Source of the DNA: Escherichia phage DCP2
Sequence record: OR780565.1
Length of the DNA: 64,000 nt
Reading direction: 5' to 3' (one strand)
Shown here one piece after another: positions 61,935 to 64,000 of the stretch. The position numbers were made by a program, and so were the translations under genes. Under the pieces are notes generated by a model. That model saw nothing but the letters and a program-made list of their open reading frames with translations, was not told the DNA's origin and searched no databases. How positions within the stretch are numbered: the stretch's first letter is position 1; the number at the start of each line of letters is the position of its first letter.

Positions 61935-64000
61935 ATGGAACTCATTACAGAATTATTTGACGAAGATACTACTCTTCCGATTACAAACTTAAATCCAAAG
62001 AAGAAAATACCGCAAATTTTTTCAGTTCATGTCGATGACGCAATTGAACAACCAGGCTTTCGTTTATGTACCTATACATCTGGAGGTGATACTAATCGCG
62101 ATTTAAAAATGGGCGATAAAATGATGCATATTGTTCCTTTTACATTAACTGCTAAAGGTTCAATTGCTAAATTAAAAGGTCTCGGTCCAAGCCCAATTAA
62201 TTACATCAATTCAGTTTTTACTGTTGCAATGCAGACGATGCGTCAGTATAAAATTGATGCCTGCATGCTTCGTATTCTTAAGTCTAAAACTGCTGGTCAA
62301 GCTCGACAAATTCAAGTTATTGCTGATAGACTTATCCGTAGTCGCTCAGGCGGCAGATACGTCCTTCTTAAGGAACTTTGGGATTACGATAAAAAGTATG
62401 CATATATTCTTATACATCGCAAAAATGTATCACTAGAAGACATTCCAGGAGTTCCGGAAATTAGTATCGAGCTCTTTACTAAAGTTGAATCGAAGGTCGG
62501 TGATGTTTATATCAATAAAGATACTGGAGCTCAAGTAACTAAAAATGAGGCAATTGCAGCATCTATTGCGCAAGAAAACGATAAACGTTCTGACCAAGCT
62601 GTAATCGTTAAAGTTAAAATTTCCCGTAGAGCAATTGCACAAAGTCAATCATTAGAATCTTCTAGATTTGAAAGTGAATTATTCCAGAAGTATGAATCTA
62701 CCGCAGCTAATTTCAATAAACCTGCTACCGCTCCTTTAATTCCCGAAGCAGAAGAAATGAAACTTGGAATTAATTCATTGGCTTCTAAAACTAAGGCAGC
62801 AAAAATTATTGCTGAAGGAACTGCGGATGAACTTCACTATGACTATAAATTCTTTTCAAAAAGTGAGGTTAATGAAGTTTCTGAAAAAATTAAAGATGTA
62901 ATTCTTAATGCGATTAAAAATGAACCAACTACTTCAATAAAATGTTTAGAGAAATACGCAGCAGCTATTAATCAATTCTTTGAAGAATATAAAGATAATT
63001 GGCTTGATAAACATAATAAAACTCGTAAAGGGCAGCCAGATGAAGTCTGGGAAGAAATAACTAAAAATTCATGGAACGCAGCAAAAACTAAATTCCTCAA
63101 ACGAATGATTTATAGCTTTTCTGGAATTGGTGCAGGTCCAATGATTGATATTACCATTGCACGTGATGGTTCTAAATATACTCCATCGCAAAAGCGCGGC
63201 ATTAGAGAATATTGTGGATCAGGATATACTGACATCAATAATCTTCTTTTAGGCCGCTACAATCCAGAACGATATGATGTAATGAGTGAAAAAGAAATTG
63301 AATCTGCGATAAATAATTTAGATTCAGCTTTTGAAAATGGTGACCGTATACCAGAGGGCATTACAGTTTATCGTGCTCAAAGCATGACTGCTCCTATATA
63401 CGAAGCACTAGTTAAAAATAAAGTGTTCTATTTCAGAAATTTTGTATCTACTTCTTTAACTCCTATCATTTTTGGACGTTTTGGAATTACACATGCTGGT
63501 ATCGGTCTTTTAGAACCAGAAGCTCGCAATGAATTAACAGTTGATAAAAATGAAGAAGGAATAACTATTAATCCAAACGAAATAAGAGCGTATAAAGAAA
63601 ATCCTGAATACGTTAAAGTTCAAATAGGATGGGCAATTGATGGAGCTCATAAAGTTAATGTTGTATATCCAGGAAGTCTCGGAATAGCAACTGAAGCTGA
63701 AGTTATTCTGCCGCGCGGATTGATGGTCAAAGTTAATAAAATAACTGATGCTTCTAATAATGACGGAACAACATCTAATAACACAAAACTCATTCAAGCT
63801 GAAGTTATGACTACGGAAGAACTCACCGAATCAGTAATTTATGACGGTGACCGTCTAATGGAAACCGGCGAAGTAGTTGCAATGACAGGTGATATTGAAA
63901 TAGAAGACAGAGTTGACTTTGCATCATTTGTTTCATCAAATGTTAAACAGAAAGTAGAATCATCTCTTGGAATTATTGCGTCTTGCATAGATATTACAAA
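61935..64000 (+). CDS. alt: ADP-ribosyltransferase Alt, 5' portion (runs off the window end)
   Basis: MELITELFDEDTTLPITNL...; R-S-E ART motifs (VYRAQS, FVSTSL, EAEVILP); no stop before 64000. Confidence 0.85.
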   Translation, partial: MELITELFDEDTTLPITNLNPKKKIPQIFSVHVDDAIEQPGFRLCTYTSGGDTNRDLKMGDKMMHIVPFTLTAKGSIAKLKGLGPSPINYINSVFTVAMQTMRQYKIDACMLRILKSKTAGQARQIQVIADRLIRSRSGGRYVLLKELWDYDKKYAYILIHRKNVSLEDIPGVPEISIELFTKVESKVGDVYINKDTGAQVTKNEAIAASIAQENDKRSDQAVIVKVKISRRAIAQSQSLESSRFESELFQKYESTAANFNKPATAPLIPEAEEMKLGINSLASKTKAAKIIAEGTADELHYDYKFFSKSEVNEVSEKIKDVILNAIKNEPTTSIKCLEKYAAAINQFFEEYKDNWLDKHNKTRKGQPDEVWEEITKNSWNAAKTKFLKRMIYSFSGIGAGPMIDITIARDGSKYTPSQKRGIREYCGSGYTDINNLLLGRYNPERYDVMSEKEIESAINNLDSAFENGDRIPEGITVYRAQSMTAPIYEALVKNKVFYFRNFVSTSLTPIIFGRFGITHAGIGLLEPEARNELTVDKNEEGITINPNEIRAYKENPEYVKVQIGWAIDGAHKVNVVYPGSLGIATEAEVILPRGLMVKVNKITDASNNDGTTSNNTKLIQAEVMTTEELTESVIYDGDRLMETGEVVAMTGDIEIEDRVDFASFVSSNVKQKVESSLGIIASCIDIT

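Overview
This window is a contiguous block of a T-even (T4-like, Tevenvirinae) phage genome, read as the reverse complement of the conventional T4 map. On the + strand the order is: sp, primase 61, dam, dCTPase 56, soc, modB, modA, srd, dda, dexA, topoisomerase 39, rIIA, rIIB, denB, ndd, stp, topoisomerase 52, motA, arn, asiA; then on the - strand holin t and tail-fibre genes 38, 37, 36, 35, 34; then back on + rnh, dsbA, 33, 59, segG, 32, frd, td, nrdA, nrdB, denA, rnlA (63), alc, spanins, pseT, cd, 31, rIII, ligase 30 and the 5' part of alt. Gene calls rest on recalled T4 protein N-termini, sizes and synteny plus visible catalytic motifs; no database search was possible, so symbols for small ORFs are positional guesses. 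The phage is not T4 itself: gene 39 is one uninterrupted 606-codon ORF (no gene 60 split or bypass), td and nrdB are intron-less, segF is absent, and gp38 is the long glycine-rich adhesin type. Dense early promoters (GTTTAC -35, TATAAT-like -10), TATAAATA late promoters and GC-hairpin terminators are visible. The most interesting observations are: a ~410-bp ORF-bearing insertion exactly at the frd/td junction flanked by a 9-bp direct repeat; a PD-(D/E)xK-like ORF next to dam with a convergent small membrane ORF; a recurrent promoter-inside-hairpin design that would sequester the Shine-Dalgarno only in read-through transcripts; a 13-bp perfect palindrome upstream of the cef-position ORF; and a NADAR/YbiA-like ORF next to a HAD-like phosphatase in the gene-30 accessory cluster. 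No CRISPR array, tRNA or rRNA was recognised.
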